Positions 28,913 to 38,284 of a stretch of DNA of 64,000 bases are shown one piece after another. The DNA is from an uncultured Gemmatimonadales bacterium. Lineage in GTDB: Bacteria; Gemmatimonadota; Gemmatimonadetes; Gemmatimonadales; GWC2-71-9. How positions within the stretch are numbered: the stretch's first letter is position 1; each line of letters begins with the position of its first letter. Location: the NCBI GenBank assembly GCA_963695185.1, contig CAVOGH010000002.1, forward strand, positions 125,684 through 189,683, read 5' to 3'. The position numbers and the translations under genes were made by a program. The notes under the pieces are model-generated. The model saw only the letters and a list, made by a program, of their open reading frames with translations. It searched no databases and had not been told where the DNA came from.

Positions 28913-29908
28913 ATGCTCAACTACATCTGGACCGCGCTCATCGTGCTGAGCCTGGTCTTTGCCCTGGCCACCGACGTCGGATCGCTGCGACGCGATACCT
29001 ACCGGAACGGCCGGGAGGTGCCGCTCAACGTGGGCTTCCCCGACGGCTACGATCCCGCCCGCCGGGTGCAGGCAGTGCGGGTGCGGGCGGACTCGGCCGC
29101 CCTGCACGCGCACTACGGCGTCTCCCTGGCCCTGGCCGCAGAGTGGCCCGGCGAGCTGCTGCAGACCGCGGCGGGCCGCGAACTCCGCTTTGCCAAGGGC
29201 GTGTCCCTGCCCGAGCCGCTGGCGACGATCCGGACCATCACCTCCGAGCGGGACAACGACCTGCGCGGGCCGACGACGTTCACCGCCCGGCCGGGAGACA
29301 CTGTCACCGTCGCCACGGTGGTGTTCGCCCCGGTGCGCTTCGTGAAGGTGGTGGCCATCACCCAGGCGGCGATCGACTTCGCCAAGACCGCGGTCACCCT
29401 CGCCATCGGCCTCATCGGGGTGATGGCCCTGTGGCTCGGCATGCTGCGGATCGCCGAGACGTCGGGGCTCATGAACGTGATCGTCCGCCTGTTCGAGCCG
29501 GTGCTCCGGCCGCTGTTCCCCGAGATCCCGCGCGGCCACCCGGCGCTCGGGCTCATCGCCCTCAATCTTTCCGCCAACGTCCTCGGCCTGGGCAATGCCG
29601 CCACCCCGATGGGCATCAAGGCGATGGAGGAGCTGCAGAAGCTCAACCCGGTCAAGGACACCGCCACCAACGCCATGGTCATGCTGCTGGCCATCAACAC
29701 CGCCAGCGTGCAGCTGGTGCCGCCGGTCCTGCTGGTGGCCATCATGGGAATACAGGTCAACCAGCTCTTCATCCCCATCGTGATCTGCACCGGGTTCTCG
29801 CTGGTCGTCGGAATCGTCGCGGTCAAGACGCTGGGCCGGCTGGGCGGCTACCGCCGCAGCGACCCGATGCTGGCGCCGCCGGCGGACGCCGCCGGGAGGA
29901 CCGTCTGA
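28913..29908 (+). CDS. spmA: SpmA-like nucleoside-recognition (Gate) domain membrane protein with an inserted soluble domain
   Basis: MLNYIW, MALWLG.LRIAE.SGL, LFPEIP..HPA, NVLGLGNAATPMGIKAMEELQ, LAINTASVQL. Confidence 0.88.
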   Translation: MLNYIWTALIVLSLVFALATDVGSLRRDTYRNGREVPLNVGFPDGYDPARRVQAVRVRADSAALHAHYGVSLALAAEWPGELLQTAAGRELRFAKGVSLPEPLATIRTITSERDNDLRGPTTFTARPGDTVTVATVVFAPVRFVKVVAITQAAIDFAKTAVTLAIGLIGVMALWLGMLRIAETSGLMNVIVRLFEPVLRPLFPEIPRGHPALGLIALNLSANVLGLGNAATPMGIKAMEELQKLNPVKDTATNAMVMLLAINTASVQLVPPVLLVAIMGIQVNQLFIPIVICTGFSLVVGIVAVKTLGRLGGYRRSDPMLAPPADAAGRTV

Positions 29909-30441
29909 TGCGCACCCTCCTGGACGTGCTGTCGGTGTTCGTGATCCCCACGATCATCATCGGCTTCCCGCTGTACGGCCTCTACAGGCGGGTCCCGGTG
30001 TACGAGGAGTTCGTCACCGGCGCCCGGGACGGGTTCCAGGTGGCCGTCAACATCATCCCCTACCTGGTGGCCATCCTCTTTGCCGTGGCGATGTTCCGCG
30101 CCTCGGGGGCCATGGACTTCATGGTGACCGGGCTGCGGCCGCTGCTCGGGCCGCTGGGCTTCCCCCCGGAAGTACTGCCGATGGCGATCACCCGGCCGCT
30201 CACCGGCTCGGGCTCCGCCGCAATCATGCTTGACCTGATCAACCAGTACGGTGCCGACTCGCTGATCGTGAAGATGGCGGCGACGATGTTCGGCTCCAGC
30301 GAGACCACTTTCTATGTGATCGCGGTGTACTTCGGGGCGGTGAACATCCGGAAGACCCGCCATGCCGTGCCGGCGGGGCTGCTGGCCGATCTCTCCGCCG
30401 CAGTCCTGTCGGTCGTCGTGGTGCGGTGGATGTTCAGCTGA
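29908..30441 (+). CDS. spmB: SpmB-like membrane protein
   Basis: TGATG coupling; VPVYEEFV.GA.DG, FRASGA, RPLTGSG, GSSETTFYVIAVYFGAV.I.KTRHA. Confidence 0.9.
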   Translation: MRTLLDVLSVFVIPTIIIGFPLYGLYRRVPVYEEFVTGARDGFQVAVNIIPYLVAILFAVAMFRASGAMDFMVTGLRPLLGPLGFPPEVLPMAITRPLTGSGSAAIMLDLINQYGADSLIVKMAATMFGSSETTFYVIAVYFGAVNIRKTRHAVPAGLLADLSAAVLSVVVVRWMFS

Positions 30442-30534
30442 GGCCAGGGGGCAGGCAGCCCCGTCGGCCTGCGGTCACCAGGCTCCCTTTGCCTGTTCCA
30501 TCGGGGGTGCTGGCCGAACGATCCAGCGGCGGAC

Positions 30535-30568
30535 TTGCGTATGCACTAGTATTACATAGTATTACTGC
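30535..30568 (+). promoter_or_regulatory. Sigma70-like promoter (probably leaderless) overlapped by a direct-repeat operator
   Basis: TTGCGT at 30535-30540, 16 nt spacer, TAGTAT at 30557-30562, ATG 6 nt later with no SD; TAGTATTAC twice, at 30547-30555 and 30557-30565. Confidence 0.7.
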
Positions 30569-30949
30569 ATGAAGCGAACTGCCAAGCTCGCCAGAACCTC
30601 GATCACCCTGCCCCAGCCGCAATTGGCCGCCGCGGACCGGATCGCTGAGACGCTGGACCGCTCCCGGAGCTGGGTCTTCGCCGAGGCCATCCGGCGATGG
30701 AGTGCAGGCCGGTCGGGCCTGGCTGAGGTGCCCCCGACGCCGGTCGCCCAGCCACGCCGCCCGGCGGACCCCGCCCTGCCCCTCGCCATGGATCCGGCGG
30801 GCGCGCTCCGACTGTCCCCCGCCGCCCGGCTGCAGCGCTCCCAGGAGCTGACCGCCGAGTTCAGGCGGGCGCACCCGCGGGCGGAGAGAATCCAGGTGGT
30901 CGCCTTTGGGACCCAGGAGGACTTTCTCCACTGGAAGTGGCCGGCATGA
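30569..30949 (+). CDS. Ribbon-helix-helix (CopG-like) protein, putative antitoxin
   Basis: RTSITLP...LAAADRIA..L.RSRSW.F.EAIRR RHH pattern; C-terminal LRLSPAARL. Confidence 0.75.
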   Translation: MKRTAKLARTSITLPQPQLAAADRIAETLDRSRSWVFAEAIRRWSAGRSGLAEVPPTPVAQPRRPADPALPLAMDPAGALRLSPAARLQRSQELTAEFRRAHPRAERIQVVAFGTQEDFLHWKWPA

Positions 30950-31416
30950 GCCGGTGGCTCGGGCAGGAACCGGCGATCCCGGAGATCTGCGCCGCGCTTA
31001 ACCAGGAGCGGGCCCAGTATATGGTGATTGGGGGAATTGCCGGAGTTCTGCACGGCCACGTGCGGGTGGCCACCGACCTCGATCTGCTCATCGCCCGCAC
31101 CCGGGACAACGCCACCCGGATCCTGCTGTCGCTGGCCGCCGCGGGCTACGCCTACGCCAGCGAGTGGCTGCCGGCGGAGATCCTCAAGCGGGCCGTCACC
31201 GTGATCGGAGACGACCCCTCAGTGAACCTCTTTACCTCCGTGGGCTCCCTACGGTACGAGGAAGCCGCCACCCGGGCCACCTCCATGGAGGCCAGCGGGG
31301 TCAGGATCCCGGTGCTGTCGCTGGAAGACCTCATCGCCAGCAAGCGGACCGATCGGCCGCTCGACACCGCCGACGTCCAGCAGCTCGAGCGGATCCGGAA
31401 GCTCCAGAACCGCTAG
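30946..31416 (+). CDS. Pol-beta-superfamily nucleotidyltransferase (DUF6036/AbiEii-like)
   Basis: YMVIGGIA..LHG..VAT.DLDL, V.IPVLSLEDLIASK..T.R..D..DV; ATGA overlap. Confidence 0.85.
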   Translation: MSRWLGQEPAIPEICAALNQERAQYMVIGGIAGVLHGHVRVATDLDLLIARTRDNATRILLSLAAAGYAYASEWLPAEILKRAVTVIGDDPSVNLFTSVGSLRYEEAATRATSMEASGVRIPVLSLEDLIASKRTDRPLDTADVQQLERIRKLQNR

Positions 31417-31446
31417 CAGCGGCCGGATCGGGCCACCGCTCGGATC

Positions 31447-33078
31447 TCAGAACCGGGATGATGTGATCCGGACATCTGCGCCCTTCCACGCCTCCCGAAA
31501 CCGGGCGTCCGCCACCCGCGCCTCGGTCTTCTTTCCCTGCCGCTCCAGGCTTAGCCTGAGCCCCAGCAAGGCCCAGCCGTTCTCGGGAAAGCGCGTCAGA
31601 TCCTCGCGGTAGACCAGTTCGCCCTTGGCGGGTTCTCCCGCGGCCAGCAGCGCCTTGCCGAGGGAGTGCCGCACCGGGAAGTACCAGGTGGGCGGCTCGA
31701 TGTAGGTCATGCCATCCTCCAGCGCTGCCGCTTCCCGAAAGCGCAGCACCGCATCGGCCGCATTCCCCCGCCGGAGCGCGATCTCTCCTTCGACCATCCT
31801 CGCGGCGATCCGCATCGCAATCCGGTTCTCCCCCTCGGACATGGAGTCCGCCACCGCCTGGACCGTATCGCGCGCGGCGGCGGCCTGGGCCCAGCGTCCC
31901 TTGGCGGCAAAGGCCACGCCCCGGGCGTAGGTCGCCATCCCGTAGGTGTAGCGCAGGTCGCCGGGCGGGAGGGGCTCGGCCAGCAGCTCGTCCCAGCGGC
32001 CGAAGTTGACCAGGGTCCAGTACACGATTGGTGTCACCGCCTCGACCCACGGCTGGTCCCGCGCCACCTGCCAGCCCACGTTCTCCACCACCTTCCGGGC
32101 CGCCTCCAGCGCCAGCTGTCCCTGCCCCGCCAGCGAGGCGGCGAAACTCATGAAGTGCCAGTTGTGGGGATAGTAGCCCAGGCCGTAGATCCCCTGCCGC
32201 GACGCCGACGGGCCCTCGAAGTAGCTCTGGTCGGCGTGGACGGCGTGGCGGTTGGCCTCGATGGCGTCGGCGTAGCGGCCCACCCGGATGTAGATATGCC
32301 CGGGCATGTGCACCAGATGGCCGGCCCCGGGCATCAGTGCGGCCAGACGTTCGGCGCACGCGATCGCGCGCACCGGCTGGGACGCCTCCACGGCGTGGAT
32401 GTAGAGGTGGCAGGCGCCGGGGTGATTGGGATCACGGGTGATCACACCTTCGAGCCGGGAGAGGATGCCTGGCGTCGCGGGCCGGGCCGAGCCGTCCATC
32501 TCCCAGTAGTTCCAGGGGCTCAGATCCATCAGCGACTCGGCGGCGAGCGACTGCAGCTCGGGATCGTCGGGGTAGCGGTCGGCCACCGCACCGATGGACT
32601 GGGCCCAGGCGGAATCGGCCGAGGCACGGGGCGCCGAGGGGTCGTAGCGCCGGATCAGCCCGGCGATCATCGCGCGCTCCCACTCCTGCGCGCCCGCCGC
32701 GAGCCCCTGGGCGCGCAACACGTGGGTCCACGCCTCGGCGCCGGCGGCGGAGTCCATCGGTGCATTGATGTTGGGACCCAGCGCCAGCGCCTGGCCGAAG
32801 GCGCACATGGCACAGGCGGAATCGAGCCGCTCCGCCTCGGCGAAGGACCGCCCCGCCTCGACGTGATTGAACGCCCAGTACAGCCGGAGCCCCTGGTCGA
32901 AATACGCCTGCGCCTGTGGGGAGCTGGTCGTGACGGAGTAGTGGAGCGTACCCAGGTTCTGGTACAGTGGGACGTCGGTCCCGGCCTGTGGCTGGTGTTC
33001 GTGACTACTGGACTGGGCAGAGAGGGGGCTGGCGACGAGGAGCGCGAGACACGCTCCGTGAAGGACGCGGGCAGACAT
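31447..33078 (-). CDS. Exported TPR-like helical protein, conserved hypothetical
   Basis: Signal peptide, AQAYFDQGL.L..AFNH.EA, HPGACHLYIH.VE, PGAGHLVHMPGHIY, YYPHN.HF, PENGWAL.GL. Confidence 0.85.
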   Translation of the reverse strand: MSARVLHGACLALLVASPLSAQSSSHEHQPQAGTDVPLYQNLGTLHYSVTTSSPQAQAYFDQGLRLYWAFNHVEAGRSFAEAERLDSACAMCAFGQALALGPNINAPMDSAAGAEAWTHVLRAQGLAAGAQEWERAMIAGLIRRYDPSAPRASADSAWAQSIGAVADRYPDDPELQSLAAESLMDLSPWNYWEMDGSARPATPGILSRLEGVITRDPNHPGACHLYIHAVEASQPVRAIACAERLAALMPGAGHLVHMPGHIYIRVGRYADAIEANRHAVHADQSYFEGPSASRQGIYGLGYYPHNWHFMSFAASLAGQGQLALEAARKVVENVGWQVARDQPWVEAVTPIVYWTLVNFGRWDELLAEPLPPGDLRYTYGMATYARGVAFAAKGRWAQAAAARDTVQAVADSMSEGENRIAMRIAARMVEGEIALRRGNAADAVLRFREAAALEDGMTYIEPPTWYFPVRHSLGKALLAAGEPAKGELVYREDLTRFPENGWALLGLRLSLERQGKKTEARVADARFREAWKGADVRITSSRF

Positions 33079-33192
33079 GGGTCACCTCCGGAAAAGGTCG
33101 CTACGCGCCGAATATCGGAGGTAGCCCCCTGAGCGCAAGGGGCCCGGACTCCAGTCCGGGCATCCCGCTTCGGCCCACGTCCGAGTCGCGGT

Positions 33193-35622
33193 CTATTCGT
33201 ATCTCAACGCCTCCACCGGATCCACTCTCAGCGCCCGCCGGGCGGGGATGAGCGTGGCGAGGAGGCAGGTGATCGCCAGCGCGATGGTGACGCCGGCATA
33301 CATCAGCGGGTTGGCGATGTTCACCTGGAACAGCACCAGCGTCAGCCCCTTGGCCAGAAAGAACGCCAGGCCCAGGCCGAGGGTGAGGCCGATGGCCACC
33401 TGCATGGTGCCCTGCCGGAGGAAGAGTCCCAGGACGTCCGGGCCGCTGGCGCCCAGGGCCATGCGGACACCGATCTCCCTGGTGCGCTGCGACACGCCGA
33501 AGCTGACCACGCCGTAGACCCCGACGGTGGCGAGGAAGAGCGCCGCGGCGCCGAAGACCATGAACAGCGTCCCGAATACCCCGTAGAACCAGCCCACGCG
33601 GCGGATCTCCTCGCTGAGCGTGCGGACGAAGTACATCGGCTGGTCGGGGTCCACGGCGCTCACCGCGGCCTGCACCGGGCCCGCGAAGCTCATCGGGTCT
33701 CCCCGGGCGGCCACGGCGATGGTCAGGAAGCGATAATCGCCCTGGGCCACGGGGGTGAACACCACCGTGCCGATGATCTCGTCCCCGCTTTCGGTGCCGT
33801 CGTACCAGACGTCCTCCACCACCCCGACGATCGTGAGCCACGGCTCGGTGGACTCGGCGGTGTCGAGCCGGATCCGGCGGCCCACCGCTGACGCCCCGGG
33901 GAAGTGCCTGGCCGCAAAGCCGCGGGTCACCACCGCTACCGGCATGGTGCCGCCGATGTCGCCGGGGGAGAAGACCCGGCCGTCCAGCGCCTCTACCTCG
34001 AAGGTCTCGAACCAGCCGGGCGTCACCCCCACCCGTCGGGTGGTAGGGTAGTCCTCTTCCTTCGCGTAGGTTTCGCCTTCGAGGCCCACATGTCGCTCCC
34101 AGCCCCAGAGTCCGGGTACCTCAGTCTGCAGCCCCACCCCGCGCTGGCCCGGCAGCGTCTGCAGCTGCTGCTCCAGGCTGTTCCAGAACCGGGCGTGGCT
34201 GGCCGAGTCGGGGTAGTCGGCCTCGAACAGTCCCACGCGGGCGGTGAACACCCCCTCGGTGGGAACGCCGTAGTCGAAGTGCGAGCGCTGCACCACGCTC
34301 TGGATCATGAATCCCGCCGCCACCAGCAGCCCGCCGGAGAGGGCCAGCTCCACGATCACCAGCGCCCGGCTGAACTTCCCGATCCTGAGTGACGAGGCGC
34401 CGCGCGACTCGTCCTTGAGCACGTCGTGGATGTTGCCGCGGGTCGCCTGCAGCGCGGGAATGATGCCGCTGATCAGCGCGGCCAGCACCGTGATGCCCAT
34501 GGCGAAGGCGAGCACGGTACCATCCAGCCGGATGTCCACCCAGAACGGCGGATCGGTGCCCTCCATGGACTGGACGAAGAGCCGGCAGCCCACCCAGGCG
34601 ATGACGATGCCGATCAGCGACCCGATGACCGACAGCACCAGCGACTCGGCCAGCAGCTGGGAGACGATGCGCCAGCGGCTGGCGCCCAGCGCGGTGCGGA
34701 CTGCGATCTCCCGGGTGCGGGTGGCGGCCCGGGCCAGCAGCAGGTTGGCCACGTTGGAGCAGGCGATGAGAAAGACCCCGAACACCGCCGCCATCATGGT
34801 CCACAGCATGATGATCGGCTCGTCGCCGATGTACTCCTCGGTAAACGGCTTGAGGAGCGGCCCCACGCCTTCATTCTCCTTGGGGTGCTCCTCCGCCAGC
34901 CGGGCGGTGATGGCCTCGAATTCCTTGAGGGCCGAGGCAATGGTCACTCCCGGCCGGAGTCGTCCCATCACCTCGTACTGGCGGCCCTCGCCCCAGGCCT
35001 CCGCACCGGGATCTATGGTGAGCGGATACCAGATCTGGGCGTTGGTGGGAAACTGGAAGCCGCGCGGCATGACGCCGATGATCTCGCGAGTGATCCCGTT
35101 GGCGCGGATGGTCCGGCCGACGACGGCCGAGTCCCCTCCGAAGCGGTTCTGCCACAGGTCCCAGCCGATCAGCGCCACCGGCCCGGCGCCGGGCCGGTCC
35201 TCCTCCGCGACGAAGAGGCGGCCGAGCATCGGCTGGATGCGCAGCAGCCGGAAGGTGGCGGCGGTCACGAAGCCACCCTCGAACCGTTCGGGGCGGCCCT
35301 CGCTGCCGCTCACATTCACCGTGCCTTCGTAGAACGCGGCGAGATCCTCGAAGCTCCGCTGCTGCTCGCGCCAGGCGACGAAGTCGCTCATCGGGACGCC
35401 GTAACTCTCGATGCCCCGACTGGGCCGGGCGCGCTCGAGGTGGATGATCTCCTCCGCCTTTTCGAAGGGCAGCCCGCGCAGAATCCCGCCCCACACGATG
35501 CTCCACATCGTGGTGGTGAGGCCGAGCCCGAGGGCCAGGGCGAGGATAGCGATGGCGGTGAGGCCGGGATGCTTGCCCAGCATCCGGACGCCCTGCCTGA
35601 GATCGGCGAGCAAGAGGCCCAT
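33193..35622 (-). CDS. Duplicated orphan ABC permease (ADOP, MacB/FtsX-like)
   Basis: DLRQG.R.L.K.PG, IACSNVANLLLAR...R.REIAVR.ALGA, second half QRTREIGVRMALGA, PARRA.RVDP.EALRYE; no adjacent ATPase. Confidence 0.93.
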   Translation of the reverse strand: MGLLLADLRQGVRMLGKHPGLTAIAILALALGLGLTTTMWSIVWGGILRGLPFEKAEEIIHLERARPSRGIESYGVPMSDFVAWREQQRSFEDLAAFYEGTVNVSGSEGRPERFEGGFVTAATFRLLRIQPMLGRLFVAEEDRPGAGPVALIGWDLWQNRFGGDSAVVGRTIRANGITREIIGVMPRGFQFPTNAQIWYPLTIDPGAEAWGEGRQYEVMGRLRPGVTIASALKEFEAITARLAEEHPKENEGVGPLLKPFTEEYIGDEPIIMLWTMMAAVFGVFLIACSNVANLLLARAATRTREIAVRTALGASRWRIVSQLLAESLVLSVIGSLIGIVIAWVGCRLFVQSMEGTDPPFWVDIRLDGTVLAFAMGITVLAALISGIIPALQATRGNIHDVLKDESRGASSLRIGKFSRALVIVELALSGGLLVAAGFMIQSVVQRSHFDYGVPTEGVFTARVGLFEADYPDSASHARFWNSLEQQLQTLPGQRGVGLQTEVPGLWGWERHVGLEGETYAKEEDYPTTRRVGVTPGWFETFEVEALDGRVFSPGDIGGTMPVAVVTRGFAARHFPGASAVGRRIRLDTAESTEPWLTIVGVVEDVWYDGTESGDEIIGTVVFTPVAQGDYRFLTIAVAARGDPMSFAGPVQAAVSAVDPDQPMYFVRTLSEEIRRVGWFYGVFGTLFMVFGAAALFLATVGVYGVVSFGVSQRTREIGVRMALGASGPDVLGLFLRQGTMQVAIGLTLGLGLAFFLAKGLTLVLFQVNIANPLMYAGVTIALAITCLLATLIPARRALRVDPVEALRYE

Positions 35623-35706
35623 CAGCGTGCTCCGGCGGCGAGGGGAGGTTCGGATGGTAACGCGGCGAGCAGGCCGGAAGTTTCCGTGGGGGGGGCGGGG
35701 GGGGGA

Positions 35707-35746
35707 GTTGGGAGCTGAAAAGTTGTCCTCATTTCCAACTCCCAAC
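35707..35746 (-). terminator. Imperfect hairpin downstream of the small basic gene
   Basis: GTTGGGAGCTGAAAA...TTTCCAACTCCCAAC. Confidence 0.45.
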
Positions 35747-35759
35747 ATCCAAGGTGGGC

Positions 35760-36041
35760 TTAGCGCTTCCGCTTCTTGGGCCGCTTGCCGCGAGCGGTTG
35801 CCTCCTTGACCATCTTGTCTCGCGCCGCGATGAACTTCTTGGTGGCCGCGGTGGCCTTCTCCACGGCTTTCGATTGCGCCACCGCGACCTTGAGCCGGGC
35901 CACGTCCTTCTTGACCTTGTACTGCCGGATCTGCTTGGCGATCTGCTTGCGATCTTTGTCGAGGTCCTTGATCTGCGCGCTGGCGAGTTTCCGCAGGGCG
36001 GTCCAGCGCCGCTCGAAGTTCTTGATCGTGTTGAGTGTCAT
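35760..36041 (-). CDS. Small, highly basic helical protein (93 aa), unknown function
   Basis: GGAGGA RBS before ATG 36041; strong GC3 codon bias; about one third Lys+Arg. Confidence 0.78.
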   Translation of the reverse strand: MTLNTIKNFERRWTALRKLASAQIKDLDKDRKQIAKQIRQYKVKKDVARLKVAVAQSKAVEKATAATKKFIAARDKMVKEATARGKRPKKRKR

Positions 36042-36120
36042 GAAGAATCCTCCATGTTGAGGCGAATGGGGCGCCGTGGTCCCCCTCTCAAGATAGGCAC
36101 TGCGCGCAGGGGTCGCTACT

Positions 36121-36184
36121 CGCGACTCGGCAACTCGGCGACTCGGCGACTCGGCGACTCGGCAACTCGGCAACTCGGCAACTC
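36121..36184. repeat. Octamer tandem repeat (GGCRACTC) x8
   Basis: CGCGACTC GGCAACTC GGCGACTC GGCGACTC GGCGACTC GGCAACTC GGCAACTC GGCAACTC. Confidence 0.92.
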
Positions 36185-36387
36185 GTGATCGGTGCCGCTC
36201 GCGGGGCCGATGGCATTGCGGGCATCGCGCCCGCTCCACGTGGAACCCGGCCTTCACCCAGGTGTCGTTCGTGCTCCGCATGCCGACGTCGGCGTACGAG
36301 TTGTAGGGGCGCCCTGTCTCCGCCGTCACTCCCCGCATAGCTTCCTGCCGGTCCTCGTTGCCACTTCATCCCCGGCGCCGGTGCATC

Positions 36388-38034
36388 ATGCATAGGCTTC
36401 TCTCCGCCGCTCTCCTGCTCCTCGCGGCCGTCGCGACCGCCGAAGCCCAGCGCACGCCCACCCACGCCGACAGCCTTCGGGGAATGAACTCCGCCGAGCG
36501 GAGCTGGTGGGACGTGACGTTCTACGACCTCCAGGTGCGACTCAATCCCGCGGACCGCACCATCGGGGGCGTCAGCCACATCACTTACCGGGTGGTCTCC
36601 GCCCCGCGGGAGATGCAGATAGACCTGCAGCCGCCGCTGCTGGTGGACAGCATCATGCAGGATGGGGTGAAGCTCGACTATCGCCGGGATGGGCAGGCGC
36701 TGGCGGTCTACCTGGTCAACATCGTGGCACCGCAGCGGCCGGGGGAGACCCGCACCGTGAGCGTCTACTACCGCGGCCATCCGACGGTGGCCCGGCGCGC
36801 CCCCTGGGACGGCGGCATCGTCTGGGCGGTCGACAGCCTGGGCGGGGACTGGATCGCCACCGCCTGTCAGGGCACCGGCGCCAGTATCTGGTGGCCCACC
36901 AAGGACATCCAGGTGGACGAGCCGGATAGCCAGCAGGTGGCGGTCACCGTGCCCGACCCGCTCAAGAACGTCTCCAACGGCCGGCTTCGCAGGGTGACGC
37001 CCAATGGCGATGGGACCACTACCTGGACCTGGTTTGTGAGCGAGCCGATCAACAACTATGACATCGCCATCAACGCCGCCGATTACGCCCACTTCCAGGA
37101 TATCTACGAAGGAGAAGCGGGGCGGCTCACCCTCAATTATTGGCCGCTCCGTTACCGGCTGGAATCGGCCAAGCGGCAGTTCCCCCAGGCCAGGACGATG
37201 CTGGCCTGCTTCGAACACTGGTTCGGCCCCTATCCCTGGTATGCCGACGGCTACCAGCTGATCGAGACGCCCCATCTCGGCATGGAGCATCAGAGCGGGA
37301 TCGCCTACGGGAATCAGTACCGGAACGGCTATCTCGGCAGCGACCTCTCCGGCACCGGCCAGGGGAACGACTGGGACTTCATCATTGTGCACGAGAGCGC
37401 CCACGAGTGGTTCGGCAACAGCCTCACCACCGCTGACCTCGCCGACATGTGGGTACATGAGAGCTTCGCCAACTACGCGGAGGGGTTGTACGTCGAGTGC
37501 CTGCGGGGGAAGGAGGCGGGCGCGGAGTATGTGCGCGGCACCCGGAAGGGGATCCAGAATGACCGACCGATCGTTCCGGCGTACGGGGTCAACCAGAAGG
37601 GCTCCGGCGACATGTATCCCAAGGGCGGGAACATGCTGCACACGATCCGGCAGGTGGTCAACGATGACGAGAAGTGGCGCTCCATCCTGCGCGGCCTGGC
37701 CGCCACCTACCGGCACCAGATCGTGACCGGGAAGCAGGTGCAGGACTACACCAGCCAGGCCGCCGGGGTGGACTTGAGCCGGGTGTTCCAGCAATACCTC
37801 ACCACCACCAAGGTCCCGGTGCTGGAGTATCGTCTCGCCGGCGACACTCTGTCGTACCGCTGGGCGGAGGTGGTGCCTGGGTTCGACCTGCCGGCGCGGG
37901 TGACGCTCGCCGGCGGGCCGCTCACCCTGATCCGTCCCACCGAGCGATGGCAGGCCGCGCCTGGCCGGATCGGCAACGGCGGGGATCTCGTGGTTGATCC
38001 GGACTATTACGTGGTGGCGCGTCGAGTGGAGTAG
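36388..38034 (+). CDS. M1 family aminopeptidase, secreted
   Basis: Signal peptide, LGMEHQ (GAMEN-like), HESAHEWFGN...W.HE.F..Y.E zinc motif, MY.KG. Confidence 0.93.
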   Translation: MHRLLSAALLLLAAVATAEAQRTPTHADSLRGMNSAERSWWDVTFYDLQVRLNPADRTIGGVSHITYRVVSAPREMQIDLQPPLLVDSIMQDGVKLDYRRDGQALAVYLVNIVAPQRPGETRTVSVYYRGHPTVARRAPWDGGIVWAVDSLGGDWIATACQGTGASIWWPTKDIQVDEPDSQQVAVTVPDPLKNVSNGRLRRVTPNGDGTTTWTWFVSEPINNYDIAINAADYAHFQDIYEGEAGRLTLNYWPLRYRLESAKRQFPQARTMLACFEHWFGPYPWYADGYQLIETPHLGMEHQSGIAYGNQYRNGYLGSDLSGTGQGNDWDFIIVHESAHEWFGNSLTTADLADMWVHESFANYAEGLYVECLRGKEAGAEYVRGTRKGIQNDRPIVPAYGVNQKGSGDMYPKGGNMLHTIRQVVNDDEKWRSILRGLAATYRHQIVTGKQVQDYTSQAAGVDLSRVFQQYLTTTKVPVLEYRLAGDTLSYRWAEVVPGFDLPARVTLAGGPLTLIRPTERWQAAPGRIGNGGDLVVDPDYYVVARRVE

Positions 38035-38040
38035 TCCTGA

Positions 38041-38082
38041 GCGGTTGGCCGGTTGGGCGGTTAGGCGGTTAGGCGGTCGGAC
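38041..38082. repeat. Octamer tandem repeat (GCGGTTRG), about 5 copies
   Basis: GCGGTTGG CCGGTTGG GCGGTTAG GCGGTTAG GCGGTCGG just after the stop codon. Confidence 0.8.
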
Positions 38083-38284
38083 GAGCCGACGGTGGGATGG
38101 GCGTCGAGGCGAATCACATTGTCGCAGCGGAGAGTGGCCGCAAGGGAGCGGCGAGATCGCTTAGCGGCGCACTCTCCGCCGCTCCCCGGCGATTCGCCTC
38201 TGGGCCCGTCATGCCTGCACTTGGGGAAACCCGGCTCGGCGGCGTGTGACACGCGAACGACCGGGGATCGGTGCGCGAGGGTGT

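Noticed and set aside
28913-30441. Evidence of sporulation
   Set aside because: SpmA/SpmB homologs are widespread in non-sporulating bacteria, and TonB receptors indicate a diderm
36121-36184. Possible CRISPR array
   Set aside because: Contiguous 8-bp units without spacers; no cas genes in the window
35760-36338. Single 192-aa protein with CPQCH as a cytochrome c
   Set aside because: No signal peptide, the motif lies where codon bias breaks down, the middle is translated repeat, and an internal strong SD marks a start at 36041
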